Shown: piece by piece, positions 48,338 to 59,168 of the stretch
Layout of the letters: the number at the start of each line of letters is the position of its first letter
How positions within the stretch are numbered: the first letter of the stretch is position 1
Assembly (NCBI GenBank): GCA_964514565.1
Contig: CAZERA010000004.1
Span: 1-64,000 of the forward strand
Reading direction: 5' to 3'
From: an uncultured Candidatus Peribacteria bacterium
GTDB taxonomy: Bacteria; Patescibacteriota; Gracilibacteria; RBG-16-42-10
DNA length: 64,000 nt
The notes under the pieces: model-generated
The model's database searches: none
Told to the model about the DNA's origin: nothing
Seen by the model: only the letters and a program-made list of their open reading frames with translations
Program-made: the position numbers and the translations under genes

Positions 48338-49101
48338 TGCGTGGTTAGTTTAAGCATATTACTGATTGAGTGTACCCAAAGTATCTTTCGGATCAACCAA
48401 AGTTTAGCGAGACCAGCTATCAGCAGCAACGCTAAGAGACAAAAAAGAATCAATGGGAGATAAGTGAAGCACGCTAGTACTAAGCCTAGTACACAAAAGC
48501 TAATCAATCCTACCCCTATATCAATAGCATGCAGAAACAATACCTCTGGTAAGTGGTGATACCAGGCAGCGGATAGTGCTTTGATATGATCCTGTGGTTT
48601 CTCAATGAAAAAGGCTATTTGGATATAGTACACGATTGAGAAAACAAAAATACTGACTACCAAAATGCCAGCACTGAGTAGTGGATAATTCAAAATAGTG
48701 TTCTTTTCGATGGAGTACACAAGCACAGTCAACAACACTTTTATTAAATCAAATACAAAGATGAAGCCGCTTTTTGCTAAGTATTGTGACCATGGTTTTT
48801 GTTCGATAGCATGAATACTTACTGGCAATAATAAACGCCAGAATACTAACCAGAGTGGGACAAAAAGTAATAGTTGGCTAGCAATGTGCTTGATCTTCTC
48901 AGTCAGTAATTTGACTGTCTCCCCGTTGACAGCGGTGGCTGTCAGATTGGTTTTGACTAAGTCAAAGAAATCATGCCACAAAAGCTGCCAACCAATAATA
49001 GTGAGGATAATTACTGCTATCCAAGCCAAGTTACTAATCAAGTACAGCTTCAGTTTTTTGCTGTCATCAATACTTTGAATGAGTAGGGGGTAAAAGTTCA
49101 T
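48334..49101 (-). CDS. Hypothetical polytopic membrane protein
   Basis: 255 aa, multiple TMs, 4-nt ATGA overlap with the next gene. Confidence 0.7.
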   Translation of the reverse strand: MNFYPLLIQSIDDSKKLKLYLISNLAWIAVIILTIIGWQLLWHDFFDLVKTNLTATAVNGETVKLLTEKIKHIASQLLLFVPLWLVFWRLLLPVSIHAIEQKPWSQYLAKSGFIFVFDLIKVLLTVLVYSIEKNTILNYPLLSAGILVVSIFVFSIVYYIQIAFFIEKPQDHIKALSAAWYHHLPEVLFLHAIDIGVGLISFCVLGLVLACFTYLPLILFCLLALLLIAGLAKLWLIRKILWVHSISNMLKLTTQ

Positions 49102-49112
49102 ATATATACCGC

Positions 49113-50951
49113 CTAGACTTGAGGAAGGGTTTTCTTGGCTGGCACTGTAATATCAGTAAAGAATTGATCAAATTCAACATTGTCTAGTGTTTCTTTTTCA
49201 ATCAAAGCGACAGCAATGATTTCCAATGTTTTGCGGTTGGTAGTAAGGATCTTAAGTGCTTTGCTATATGCTTGTTCGATAATGTTTTTGATTTCTTGGT
49301 CAATGGCAAAAGCAATGTTTTCTGAATAGTTTCTTTGCTCACCCAGGTCTCGACCCAAAAATACTGAAGAGTGAGGATTGCTATAGTTTACTGTCCCTAC
49401 CGCTTCACTCATACCAAAACGAGTCACCATATTACGCGCAAGGGAAGTTGCTTTCTCAATATCATTGCTTGCGCCGGTAGTAATATATTCTTTACCAAAG
49501 ATTAATTCCTCAGCAGCTCTACCGCCCAAAGAAGCAGCGAGTTCATCTAAGAAATGTGCTTTTGACTCTAGTGCTTTGTCGTTCTCAGGTAAGAACCAAG
49601 TCACGCCCAGTGCTCTACCACGAGATACAATAGAAATCTTGTGTACTGGATCTGTATGCATCAACATCTTTGCTACCAAAGCATGTCCGACCTCATGATA
49701 AGCTGTTAGCGTCCTCTCTTCATCAGTAATTACTTTTGATTTGCGTTCAGGGCCTAGTAGTACTTTTTCAATTGATGATTCTAGATCATGCTGATTGATT
49801 TTTTCGCGATTTTCTCGAGCGGCTTGAATAGCTGCTTCATTGAGTAAATTAGCCAAATCAGCACCACTAAATCCTGGAGTTTGTTTAGCAATCTTATCGA
49901 GCAAGATGCCATCCTCCATTGGTTTGTTTCGTGAATGCACAGCAAGAATTGCAATACGGTCTTCTAGACTTGGATTATCGATAATAACACGACGATCAAA
50001 TCGACCTGGACGGAGTAAAGCTGGATCTAGTACATCGGGACGGTTTGTGGCTGCAATGACGATTACATTGGCATTGGTATCGAAACCATCCATCTCTACC
50101 AAGATTTGGTTGAGAGTTTGCTCACGCTCATCATTGCCACCGCCCAATCCAGCACCACGCTGACGACCGACTGCATCAATCTCATCGATAAAAACAATAG
50201 CAGGTGAATTCTTTTTGGCTTTAGTAAATAGATCTCGTACGCGACTAGCACCGACACCGACAAACATTTCTACGAATTCACTACCAGAGATATTGAAGAA
50301 AGGTACATTTGCTTCACCAGCTACAGCTCGAGCAAGCAAGGTTTTACCAGTACCCGGAGGACCAAACAAAATGACACCATGAGGGATCTTGGCGCCAATT
50401 TTGAGATATTTCTTGGGGTTTTTGAGGAAGTCTACTATTTCAGTCAGTTCCTCTTTGGCTTCTTTGGCACCAGCTACATCAGCAAATACTACTTTATTAT
50501 TCTCTTTGTTGTAGAGTCTCGCTCTTGATTTACCGAAAGAAAGAGCAGAATTATTGCTGCTTTGGGCTTGTCTGAAAATAATGAAAATGAAGAATACTAA
50601 TGCTACTATTGGGAGTAAGTTGCCTAGTATACTCAAAATGAATTCACTATTGCTACCATCATGGACAAAGATTTTGATATCTTTGTCGAAGTGATTGCGT
50701 ACAATATCAGTACTTTCTTTGATGGCATGAAGTACGGTGCCATCTCGAAGAGTAGCGACGACATTATCGCCTTCTACTTCGATTTTATCGATTTTATCAG
50801 CATTGAGATTGTAGACCTCATTGATACTGACATCTTTACTAGGGGCGGTGAAAAATTCGTTGTTTACAAATACAGCAAAAAAGGCAAGAACTAAGGCGAT
50901 GACAATGATAGTAAAAAAACTACGACTCGTGGTCTTTTTGGGGCGTTCCAT
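49113..50951 (-). CDS. ftsH: ATP-dependent zinc metalloprotease FtsH
   Basis: Two TMs, [27 protein letters not shown]. Confidence 0.97.
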   Translation of the reverse strand: MERPKKTTSRSFFTIIVIALVLAFFAVFVNNEFFTAPSKDVSINEVYNLNADKIDKIEVEGDNVVATLRDGTVLHAIKESTDIVRNHFDKDIKIFVHDGSNSEFILSILGNLLPIVALVFFIFIIFRQAQSSNNSALSFGKSRARLYNKENNKVVFADVAGAKEAKEELTEIVDFLKNPKKYLKIGAKIPHGVILFGPPGTGKTLLARAVAGEANVPFFNISGSEFVEMFVGVGASRVRDLFTKAKKNSPAIVFIDEIDAVGRQRGAGLGGGNDEREQTLNQILVEMDGFDTNANVIVIAATNRPDVLDPALLRPGRFDRRVIIDNPSLEDRIAILAVHSRNKPMEDGILLDKIAKQTPGFSGADLANLLNEAAIQAARENREKINQHDLESSIEKVLLGPERKSKVITDEERTLTAYHEVGHALVAKMLMHTDPVHKISIVSRGRALGVTWFLPENDKALESKAHFLDELAASLGGRAAEELIFGKEYITTGASNDIEKATSLARNMVTRFGMSEAVGTVNYSNPHSSVFLGRDLGEQRNYSENIAFAIDQEIKNIIEQAYSKALKILTTNRKTLEIIAVALIEKETLDNVEFDQFFTDITVPAKKTLPQV

Positions 50952-51014
50952 GCAAAAGAATTAAGAATTACGCAGGCCTAATTCTACGGAAGAGTACCTG
51001 ACTGCGCAAGCTGA

Positions 51015-51971
51015 CTAAGCTTGACCTGAAAAATCGTTAGAAAAGCAGAATCTCTGGGCTTCGTAGCGACACAATTCTTTACCTTTGTAGGATAGCTTGC
51101 TACCACTTCTTGCTGTTTCAAACCAATGATAAACATGACCGAGCCACGCTGAGCTGACGTCCTCAATTTTGCACTTTTTGCTTAACCAATCATGTAACCA
51201 GATCAGGCGAAGATAAAGAGAAAGTTTTCGCCACTCATGTCTGGTCATTTTGCTATCTTTTGTGAAGCTTTCTTGTTGCCATGCTGCAATAGCGACCGTG
51301 CTTTCAGTACTAATAGCTTGTGCCAATGATCCGATTGATTGAAATAGTGTTAGTGGCAATAAAGGCTCCCAATCATGGCGGATATGGTTGCGCAAATAAC
51401 TTGTATCTTGATTGGTCTCATCTTCGTGCCAGGAGATCTTGTTTGTCTGTGCATATGTTATTAACTCCGCTTTATTTTTTTTGAGCAAGGGTCTGAAGAG
51501 TGTTTGACCACTCAAAGTTGCCATTCCAATCAGACCAGGGATATCGCAGCCTCGAATCAAATGCATCAGCTGAGTCTCATATTGATCTTGGGCATGATGA
51601 GCTGTCACAACTGCACAGGCTTTGTAGGCCACTCTTTTTGCTTCCAAGATGCGATAGCGCTCATGTCTAGCGGTTTCTTCTAAGCCAATATTGGCAGGAG
51701 AGAGTCTAGGCATATCGATATGTTCTACAATGCACTCAATCTGTTTGGTCTTACAGTAGCCCACTACTAGTTGGGTATCTTCTTGGCTGGTGGCTCGGAT
51801 ATGATGGTCAATGGTGACCACCGTACAATGTTTAGGAAATAGTTTGGTCATGATATCCAACAGCACCATCGAATCTACACCTCCTGAAATTGCCAAGATG
51901 AAATGATCTGTTGGTGCGAAGTACTGCTTACACTGTTTTTCTACCTCACTACTCAAAGTATTTGCTTCCAT
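51015..51971 (-). CDS. tilS: tRNA(Ile)-lysidine synthetase
   Basis: AISGGVDS, E..AR..RY, TAHH.QDQ.ET, RPLL, D.TN....LRN.IR. Confidence 0.93.
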   Translation of the reverse strand: MEANTLSSEVEKQCKQYFAPTDHFILAISGGVDSMVLLDIMTKLFPKHCTVVTIDHHIRATSQEDTQLVVGYCKTKQIECIVEHIDMPRLSPANIGLEETARHERYRILEAKRVAYKACAVVTAHHAQDQYETQLMHLIRGCDIPGLIGMATLSGQTLFRPLLKKNKAELITYAQTNKISWHEDETNQDTSYLRNHIRHDWEPLLPLTLFQSIGSLAQAISTESTVAIAAWQQESFTKDSKMTRHEWRKLSLYLRLIWLHDWLSKKCKIEDVSSAWLGHVYHWFETARSGSKLSYKGKELCRYEAQRFCFSNDFSGQA

Positions 51972-51979
51972 AACCAGCT

Positions 51980-53069
51980 TTAGTCTTTATTACGCAGATA
52001 CCCCTCGATAAAAGGAAGGATCTCACCATCGAGTACTTTATTGACATCAGTCATCTCTACATTGGTTCGATGATCTTTAACCATAGTATAGGGATGCATG
52101 ACATATGAGCGGATCTGATGTCCCCAGCTATTTTGATGTGAACCTTTGAGTTCTTTTAGCTCTAATTGTTTTTCAGCTAATTGAATAGCCATCAATCGGT
52201 TCCGCAAGGTCTTCATCGCCAAGTCTTTATTCTGTAGCTGTGACCGTTCATTTTGACATTGCACCACTATACCTGATGGTATGTGAGTGATACGGACAGC
52301 TGAGTCTGTGGTATTTACACCTTGTCCGCCATGTCCGCCAGCTCTGAAGACGTCTATCCTCAGATCATCAGGATTGATTTCAATACCGCTAGTGTCATCT
52401 AATACTGGAATTACTTCTAATAGCGCAAAGGATGTCTCGCGCGAGTGTTTGGCATTGTATGGTGAGATACGTACTAGTCTATGCACTCCGGACTCCCCTT
52501 TGAGCATGCCGTAGGCATAGTCCCCTTTTACTTCGATAGTTACAGTCTTGATGCCAGCTTCTTCTGCTGGTGATAGGTCTAGTAGTTGGATTTTGAAATG
52601 ATTGTTTTCGGCAAAACGGGAATACATTCTAAACAAAATATTGGCCCAGTCCTGGGCATCCACTCCTCCTGTGCCAGCGTGAATTGTGAGCAAGGCATTG
52701 TTGAGATCATAACGGCCGCTAAGCAGAGTCATCGTTTCGAACTGCAGAAAGTCTTGAACCAAGGCTGGTACTTGTTGGTGTAGTTCTTTGGCTAATTCGG
52801 GGTCGGTTTCGGTGGAAGTGATTTCTACTAATTGTTGTAGTTCAGTAAACTTCTCAGTCAAGCTTTCAATTGTGCTGATCAGTTTCTCTAGATGATGAAT
52901 CTTTTGGGTTGTGCTACGTGCAGCATTGGGATCAGACCAGAAAGTCTCTTTCTCGGTGGTCTGTACTAGCTCTGCATGTTGTTTTTGTAAGGTTGGGACG
53001 TCAAAGATATTCTCTCAGACGAGAGATCTTAGTGGATAGGTCGGTGAGTTGTTGTTTTAATTCGTGCAT
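51980..53069 (-). CDS. prfB: Peptide chain release factor 2 with programmed +1 frameshift
   Basis: ATG53069 gives 22 codons ending CTT TGA C (53006-53000); the +1 frame is open into the ORF with ISPY and GGQ motifs; about 362 aa in total. Confidence 0.95.
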
Positions 53070-53098
53070 AAAATAACTAGTGTCTACTTGCAGTATAC

Positions 53099-53135
53099 AA
53101 AAAAGCCCCGGGAGAGGAAATCTCCCGAGGCCTTT
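53099..53135 (-). terminator. Intrinsic terminator after the PKD-repeat gene
   Basis: Minus strand GCCTCGGGAGA-TTTCC-TCTCCCGGGGC-TTTTTT. Confidence 0.85.
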
Positions 53136-53165
53136 AAGGTCATTTGAATTTGACGAATGGCAGGA

Positions 53166-56100
53166 TTAACGAACAGTGACGAAGAGATCAGGACAATCGG
53201 TGCGATTGCCGAAACGATCTTGTAATGCACTATTGATACGGTATGTTCCTGGTACTGAGTAGTAGGCAGTACGTTGGAGTACATTGAATCCTTGGCTAGT
53301 ATAGCCATTGTTAAAATTGATAGCACCCCAGAATGGACCATTCTCAGGATGTTCGGGTACAAACTCTACTGTAAATTGTACAGTTGCAGTAGGATTTGGT
53401 GTCACTACACGGAGGGCACGACATACCTGCCCACTCGTATTAGGAGCCTGAACACGTACTTCACCATTGGCACAGTTGGTAATACCACCGCGGCCATCAT
53501 TGATTTGGATTTGGCTGATATACACACCATTATTGATATAAGCATGACTGCCAGTGCCTGTCGTGTTGCTTACACTCTCTCCGTCTCCGAAGAAATAAGT
53601 ATATGTAAGAACATCATTATCACTGTCTCGTCCTACTACATGGAAATTGACAGCAGTTCCGACTGTGACTGGATTTGGGGTAATCTCAGTACTGAGACAA
53701 ATTGGTGCTGTATTGGCAACAGGGCTCACGGTCAAAGTAGCTGTATTTGCACAATTGACTGTGACATTCGCTGTGTCTCGTACTTGAGCAGTGATGGTGT
53801 AAATACCGGCATTGCTATAAGTATGATAGACAGGACTAATTCCAGAACTTTGATTTGTCGTGTCACCAAAGTTTACTATATAAGTCAAAGCTTGGTTGTC
53901 TGCATCAGTAGCATTTATAGTGATTCCAACTGGAGATCCCGCTACAGCAGTAGTAGGTACGCTGACAGTAGTACATACTGGAGCACGGTTAGTCGGGTTG
54001 CTGGTTACTGGAGGAACTGTAGGCGGTACTGCTGCACTGACGGTGAAGGTGACTTCAGCACAGTTGGTGCTACGGTTGCCATCACTAATACTAGTGCGGA
54101 GTACATAGGTACCTGGATTGGTATAGGTATGACGGATGACGTTGTTGGTACCAATGCTATCTGCTGTGCCGTCATTGAAGCGAGCAGTATAACTAAGCGC
54201 GCTATTTTCTGGATCACGGGCGGTGATAGTGAGGACCATGTCTGTATTAACTGTCAGTGTAGTTCCTGGTGCGATATTCAAATTTTGACAAAGAGGAGCT
54301 TGATTAGTGGGAGAAGCAGGGGTGATACTAATAGTAATTGTGGTAACTGTAGGATTGCCTGGATTAGTTGGATTGGTCACACCACTGTTGGTGTTTGTAC
54401 AACTAGTACTGAGACCACGACTATCTCGTACATTTACTGAAGCACTGAATGCACCATTGGCTGGATAACGATAAGTAGTAGTGTTTGTGGTCAAATCCCG
54501 ACTATTGCCGTCACCGAAGTTGTAGGTATAAGTCAAAGCGTCATTGTCTGGGTCACTAGCTGCGACAGTAAATACAATGTCGGTAGTATTTGAACCAGTA
54601 ATTGTGCTCACTACGAAAGTACATACTGGAGCACGGTTGGTTGTGTTAGGAGTAGTAATAACTACAGTGATATTTGTAGGAGTTGTGCCACCAGGAGGAG
54701 TAACTGAGCCTGTGTTGGTGTTGGTACAGTTTGTCCTGAGTCCCCGACTATCAGAAGCTGATACAGTAGCTACAAATGAACCTGCTGTAGTGTAGCGATG
54801 GGTAGTGGTATTGGTAGTAAGCGTACTACTGCTACCGTCACCGAAGTTGTAAGTATAAGTCAAAGCATCATTGTCTGGATCACTAGCACTGATGGTGAAA
54901 AGTACATCAGTTGCTGTAGTGCTGGCTGTTGCATTGAGTACAAAACTACAAACTGGAGCACGGTTAGTTGGTGCTGGTGTAGTAGGTACTTGTACTACCA
55001 CAGTGATAGTAGGATTGATGGTACCAGTCGCTACACATTGTCCGACTAAGCCACCTGGATCACGGACACTTGCTGTGATTGGATAGGTACTAGCTACTAA
55101 ATAACGATGAGTTGTAGTAGCACTTGTTGTTTCTTGATTATTGCCGTCACCGAAAATATAGCTATATACTAAGGCATCACTGTCAGGATCGGTCGCATTT
55201 ACTGTGTAAGTAACGACGTCATTGGTAGTTGGATTACTTGGAGCGATACTCATAGTACAGCTAGGAGCATGGTTGTTGGTACGTACTGTGAGTTGGATAT
55301 CATTACAATTGCTGAGATTGATACCATCTGAAATACGAGCATGAATTAAACGGTTGCCAGCAGTGGTATAGGTACGAGAGCTTACGGGCCCTGTACTGAT
55401 ATAGCTATTGCCGTCACCGAAATCTACAGCATAAGTAAGTGCTTGATTCTCAGGATCAGTTGCTTGAATAGTAAAGGTAACGATGGCTCCAGTATAAGGA
55501 CTAGTGTTGTCAGTAGTAATAGTACAAGTAGGTGCTAAATTGGGCCCAGTTGTAGGATTAGTAGTAGGTATACTAGTAGCTGTTGCTGTATTAGTAGGAG
55601 TAGCGGTAACTGTTGGAGTGCTGCTTGCGGTAGGAGTACTAGTTGCTGTTGGTGTGCTCGTAGCAGTGGGAGTGCTGGTAGGAGTTGCTGTACTTGTTGG
55701 CGTACTAGTCGCAGTAGGAGTGCTAGTAGCGGTTGGTGTACTGGTTGCTGTAGGCGTACTAGTAGGACCAAAACGACTGACATTCAAAGTAAGAGCTGGA
55801 CAGTTGGCTGTGAGGCCAGCACGGTCACTTACTTGGGCTGTGATGCTATAGGTACCAGGGGCGATATAATCATGAGCAGCTTGCGCTTGTACACTAGTAG
55901 CACGCATAGCACCATCACCGAAGTTGTAGCTATAGCTTAATCTATCTCCACTATCAGTGTCAGTTGCTTGTGCTTGGAATGTCACTACTACACCTTCTTG
56001 AGGCATAGCATTGGACACAGTAATAGCAGTACAAACTGGTGCATGATTGGTAGGGGTACTAGTAGCAGTTGGTGTAGCGGTTGGGGTGCTAGTCACAGTA

Positions 56101-57017
56101 GGTGTGCTTGTTGCGGTGGGAGTAGAAGTCACAGTAGGTGTAGCAGTTGGAGTTGCTGTACTACCGGCGCCGACTGTAATTGTGCTATCACAACGAACAT
56201 AACCACCAGCTGTATCAGTGACACGAATACCAACGCCGTAGCTACCTGCTGCAGTATAAGTAAATTGAGCACTATTGGTTTGACCTACGCTATCAAATGA
56301 ACCGTTGTCTGTGAAGTCGAAAGCATAAGTAAATGGAGCACTACCACCGACTGCAGTGACCGTAAATGTAGTTGGTTGATTGACTTGAGCAGCTGAAGTA
56401 GCAAGTGTACATGCACTTAGTACTGGATTGCTGTTTGTCTCACTTGATTGACCAACGATACGGAAACCTCCGAATTCCACTTCGCCTTCGCCTGTACCAG
56501 CAATTTGCAGGCTAGTAACTGGGCTGGTGAGCGTGAAACCAGAGAAGTGATACATATCAAAAATCGCACTATCACCTTGGTCAGGAATATTGAAAGTACT
56601 GCTACCTGCACGGATGACAAGGTTCTCGTTTGCTTCAGCATTGGATTGGTTACCATAGCGGGCATTGAGATCAACATCATATTGACCAGCGGGAAGATTG
56701 ATATTGAGAGTGATTGGAGCAGTCAGACTGCTGACACCACGAGCGTCGTTTGAGCGGTTGTAACCACCAAAGCTAGGATCGTAGGTACGGATATTGCCAC
56801 CACTGACAGACAATGGAAACAAACTATCGATAGTTGTAGCTTCTGAAGCTAGACTCTTTGATCCATCGAGGAGGTTGATAAAGCCAGTGTTGTAGAAAGC
56901 AGCTTGGGTAGTCGGTACTACTGAGCTAATCCATTGATCTAGTCCGAGTACTTGGAAAGTAACAATCAGAGCCAGGCTCAATCCCACTATCTTTTTCCAC
57001 AGGTTATTTTTTTGCAT
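53166..57017 (-). CDS. Large secreted surface protein with about 10 PKD-like repeats and T/P/S-rich linkers
   Basis: Signal peptide; repeated N.AP.C...A.DPD.D.L.Y..NFGDG...H.Y...G.Y...V.D..G...C; TATSTP tandem repeats. Confidence 0.88.
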   Translation of the reverse strand: MQKNNLWKKIVGLSLALIVTFQVLGLDQWISSVVPTTQAAFYNTGFINLLDGSKSLASEATTIDSLFPLSVSGGNIRTYDPSFGGYNRSNDARGVSSLTAPITLNINLPAGQYDVDLNARYGNQSNAEANENLVIRAGSSTFNIPDQGDSAIFDMYHFSGFTLTSPVTSLQIAGTGEGEVEFGGFRIVGQSSETNSNPVLSACTLATSAAQVNQPTTFTVTAVGGSAPFTYAFDFTDNGSFDSVGQTNSAQFTYTAAGSYGVGIRVTDTAGGYVRCDSTITVGAGSTATPTATPTVTSTPTATSTPTVTSTPTATPTATSTPTNHAPVCTAITVSNAMPQEGVVVTFQAQATDTDSGDRLSYSYNFGDGAMRATSVQAQAAHDYIAPGTYSITAQVSDRAGLTANCPALTLNVSRFGPTSTPTATSTPTATSTPTATSTPTSTATPTSTPTATSTPTATSTPTASSTPTVTATPTNTATATSIPTTNPTTGPNLAPTCTITTDNTSPYTGAIVTFTIQATDPENQALTYAVDFGDGNSYISTGPVSSRTYTTAGNRLIHARISDGINLSNCNDIQLTVRTNNHAPSCTMSIAPSNPTTNDVVTYTVNATDPDSDALVYSYIFGDGNNQETTSATTTHRYLVASTYPITASVRDPGGLVGQCVATGTINPTITVVVQVPTTPAPTNRAPVCSFVLNATASTTATDVLFTISASDPDNDALTYTYNFGDGSSSTLTTNTTTHRYTTAGSFVATVSASDSRGLRTNCTNTNTGSVTPPGGTTPTNITVVITTPNTTNRAPVCTFVVSTITGSNTTDIVFTVAASDPDNDALTYTYNFGDGNSRDLTTNTTTYRYPANGAFSASVNVRDSRGLSTSCTNTNSGVTNPTNPGNPTVTTITISITPASPTNQAPLCQNLNIAPGTTLTVNTDMVLTITARDPENSALSYTARFNDGTADSIGTNNVIRHTYTNPGTYVLRTSISDGNRSTNCAEVTFTVSAAVPPTVPPVTSNPTNRAPVCTTVSVPTTAVAGSPVGITINATDADNQALTYIVNFGDTTNQSSGISPVYHTYSNAGIYTITAQVRDTANVTVNCANTATLTVSPVANTAPICLSTEITPNPVTVGTAVNFHVVGRDSDNDVLTYTYFFGDGESVSNTTGTGSHAYINNGVYISQIQINDGRGGITNCANGEVRVQAPNTSGQVCRALRVVTPNPTATVQFTVEFVPEHPENGPFWGAINFNNGYTSQGFNVLQRTAYYSVPGTYRINSALQDRFGNRTDCPDLFVTVR

Positions 57018-57050
57018 AGATTGAGTATGAAGTGAATAAGTAAAGAGGGA

Positions 57051-58280
57051 TTAGCGAACAAGTAAACCTGCGCCTACGCTACCGATGAAATTGGTAGTAG
57101 CACCATCAGTTGGTACTGATGCACCAGCTGAGATTTCGAAGAAACCTGCTGCACGGCGAGGGTTGCCATTGGTCAAAATGCGACCTGTTAGTTCAAATGG
57201 AACAGCTGTACGGTTTGTAGATCCTTCGATCACAAATGCATCGACACCAGTTCTGAAGCCAGCGCGGAGGATACTACCCCGGCCACCTTGATATTCAGCA
57301 CCAATGCGACCACCAACATACCAAAGATCTGGACGGTTCAAAGTAACACCTGATCCCAATCTAGCGCTCATGAGCATGCTCCAGTGTTGACCAAAATGTC
57401 TACCAAGATGTGCTTCAATTGCTGGGATCACAGTAACGCGTACTGGACTTTCTGGTGCATTAGTTTCACCGACTTGAGCTGAACTAAATGTGCGATTCAT
57501 ACCTTCTGGACGAGTGGTAACATTGAATGTACGACTAACACCATTGCTAGTAACTTGCAGTGTGCTCAAGCTGTTGCCTGGGATAGCCACAGTAGCATTG
57601 CGTCCCATTCCTGGAGCGGCAGTGACCTCAGCTCCATTACTAGGAGTAATAGTATATTGATTGTTGCCGCCAGTGAATGTTAATGAACAAATATAACGAC
57701 CACCAGCATTACCAGTAGCGCTACGTTCAGGTAGACAGTTGCCAGCTGAGACACCGAGATTGTTTTGTTGTGCCTCAGGATCGCGGAATAAATTTGGTAC
57801 AAATACTGTAGTAAGACCTACACCACCGAACCAACCAGTTTCTCTACCTCCACTAGTACTTTCTGCAATAGGAGCAGCTGGAGTTGCTTGTAGGTAGTTA
57901 ATACTGTCTGATGGAGCTACATAAGTAGGAGTAGCAGCAACTGTTGGTTGAGCAACTACTGCTGGTGCAGCTGGTTGCTGAACTAGTGCTGTACGGCTAC
58001 CAGAAAAATCCATGTTGCCATTGTTAGTGGTAGGAGTTGCTGGTGTCGCAGTTACTATTGCTGTGACTGCATTACCTGCTGTTGAATCAACTGGAACAAC
58101 ATACACTGGGCGCAAGCGACCATGTGTTGGAGTTTGTGCGTGAGCCGTATTTGGCTTTGCAATAACTGCTGCACTCAAACCGGCTACGAGAGCTGCTATA
58201 GCTAATCTACTATCTGTACTGGTGGGGGTATGACGAGGTGAAACGCGGAGGGAATGTGCTGTGCTGATCTTACTTGCCAT
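57051..58280 (-). CDS. Secreted protein with C-terminal amphipathic beta-strand (beta-barrel-like) region
   Basis: Signal peptide ending AHA-Q, Ala/Pro/Thr linker, Gly/aromatic alternating strands to the C-terminus. Confidence 0.6.
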   Translation of the reverse strand: MASKISTAHSLRVSPRHTPTSTDSRLAIAALVAGLSAAVIAKPNTAHAQTPTHGRLRPVYVVPVDSTAGNAVTAIVTATPATPTTNNGNMDFSGSRTALVQQPAAPAVVAQPTVAATPTYVAPSDSINYLQATPAAPIAESTSGGRETGWFGGVGLTTVFVPNLFRDPEAQQNNLGVSAGNCLPERSATGNAGGRYICSLTFTGGNNQYTITPSNGAEVTAAPGMGRNATVAIPGNSLSTLQVTSNGVSRTFNVTTRPEGMNRTFSSAQVGETNAPESPVRVTVIPAIEAHLGRHFGQHWSMLMSARLGSGVTLNRPDLWYVGGRIGAEYQGGRGSILRAGFRTGVDAFVIEGSTNRTAVPFELTGRILTNGNPRRAAGFFEISAGASVPTDGATTNFIGSVGAGLLVR

Positions 58281-58425
58281 AAATATGGTTTAAAAGTAAA
58301 GGTGAGAATTTAACTGCTTTATCTGTTTTTGTCAATGCCTAGTGGGGTATTTATAGCCAAATGAGTGAATTAGGGATGGGTAAAGGCATGCTTGTTGTGT
58401 TAGAATAATTCGATAGCAACTTTCT

Positions 58426-59088
58426 ATGCCACCACTTACCCCTACCTCCTCAGATACAGATGTGTCCCCCGTTCGTTTTCAACTCGCGGCTACTGCCAGC
58501 GATTTCTACTTTCCGCTGCAGTCTCCTGCGGAGGATACGTATTTACCAACACAATATACTGCCCGAAACATTGTGCAAAGAAAAAAGAACCAAACGTCTT
58601 TGCGTGAAGCACTCAAGCTCGATACTACATTACCAATAGTAGGTGTGATCGTGAGTGGATTTAGCAAAAAACAATTAAAACTGTTGGAACAAATTGTAGA
58701 AGCTAGTTTGGCACTGCCTTTGCAGCTGGTGTTGATCGGGGCAGATAAAGAGTTGGTGGTGGCAAAAAACAGCAAAGTTAAGAAAATGGTGAATACGCCT
58801 GACCATATCCATTTATTTTTTGGTGCTGCTGATGTACTCGTCTTACCAGCGCAATCCAATGATGCATTGGTAGCTGCTTGTTTTCGCTATGGTTTGATAC
58901 CAGTAGTACAGGACGATCAAACTTTGGTCCGTGATTATGATCCTGTATCAGAAGAAGGAAATGCTTTTTCTTACCAAGAAAATACAATTTGGTCTATCTA
59001 TGCAGCTCTTATCCGAGCTATGGAGACCCATCGTTTGTCATATGATTGGCAAAGGATACAGCGGAATGGGTTGGATATGAGTGCCTGA
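58426..59088 (+). CDS. Stand-alone degenerate glycogen-synthase (GT-B) C-terminal-like domain
   Basis: K..N...L...L.L, LQLVLIG, GAADV.V.P, RYG.IPVV, V.DYDP....GNAF.Y, A..RA. Confidence 0.65.
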   Translation: MPPLTPTSSDTDVSPVRFQLAATASDFYFPLQSPAEDTYLPTQYTARNIVQRKKNQTSLREALKLDTTLPIVGVIVSGFSKKQLKLLEQIVEASLALPLQLVLIGADKELVVAKNSKVKKMVNTPDHIHLFFGAADVLVLPAQSNDALVAACFRYGLIPVVQDDQTLVRDYDPVSEEGNAFSYQENTIWSIYAALIRAMETHRLSYDWQRIQRNGLDMSA

Positions 59089-59090
59089 AA

Positions 59091-59123
59091 ATTAGGTCAG
59101 AGATACGAGATTAGAGGTCAGAG
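59091..59123 (+). repeat. AGAG(A/G)TC heptamer repeat (family C)
   Basis: ATTAGGTCAGAGATACGAGATTAGAGGTCAGAG, similar to the reverse complement of 25863-25895. Confidence 0.7.
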
Positions 59124-59168
59124 GTTTTAATCGGATAGTGCTCTTTAGCTTATTTGTGTGCACAAAAC

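Noticed and set aside
53274..54440. 388-aa plus-strand ORF antisense to the PKD gene
   Set aside because: Shadow ORF explained by the Thr/Val-rich, biased codon usage of the real gene; no recognisable motifs
55560..56160. Tandem 18-nt-period repeats as a possible CRISPR or VNTR element
   Set aside because: They encode TATSTP linker repeats with synonymous variation; there is no repeat-spacer structure
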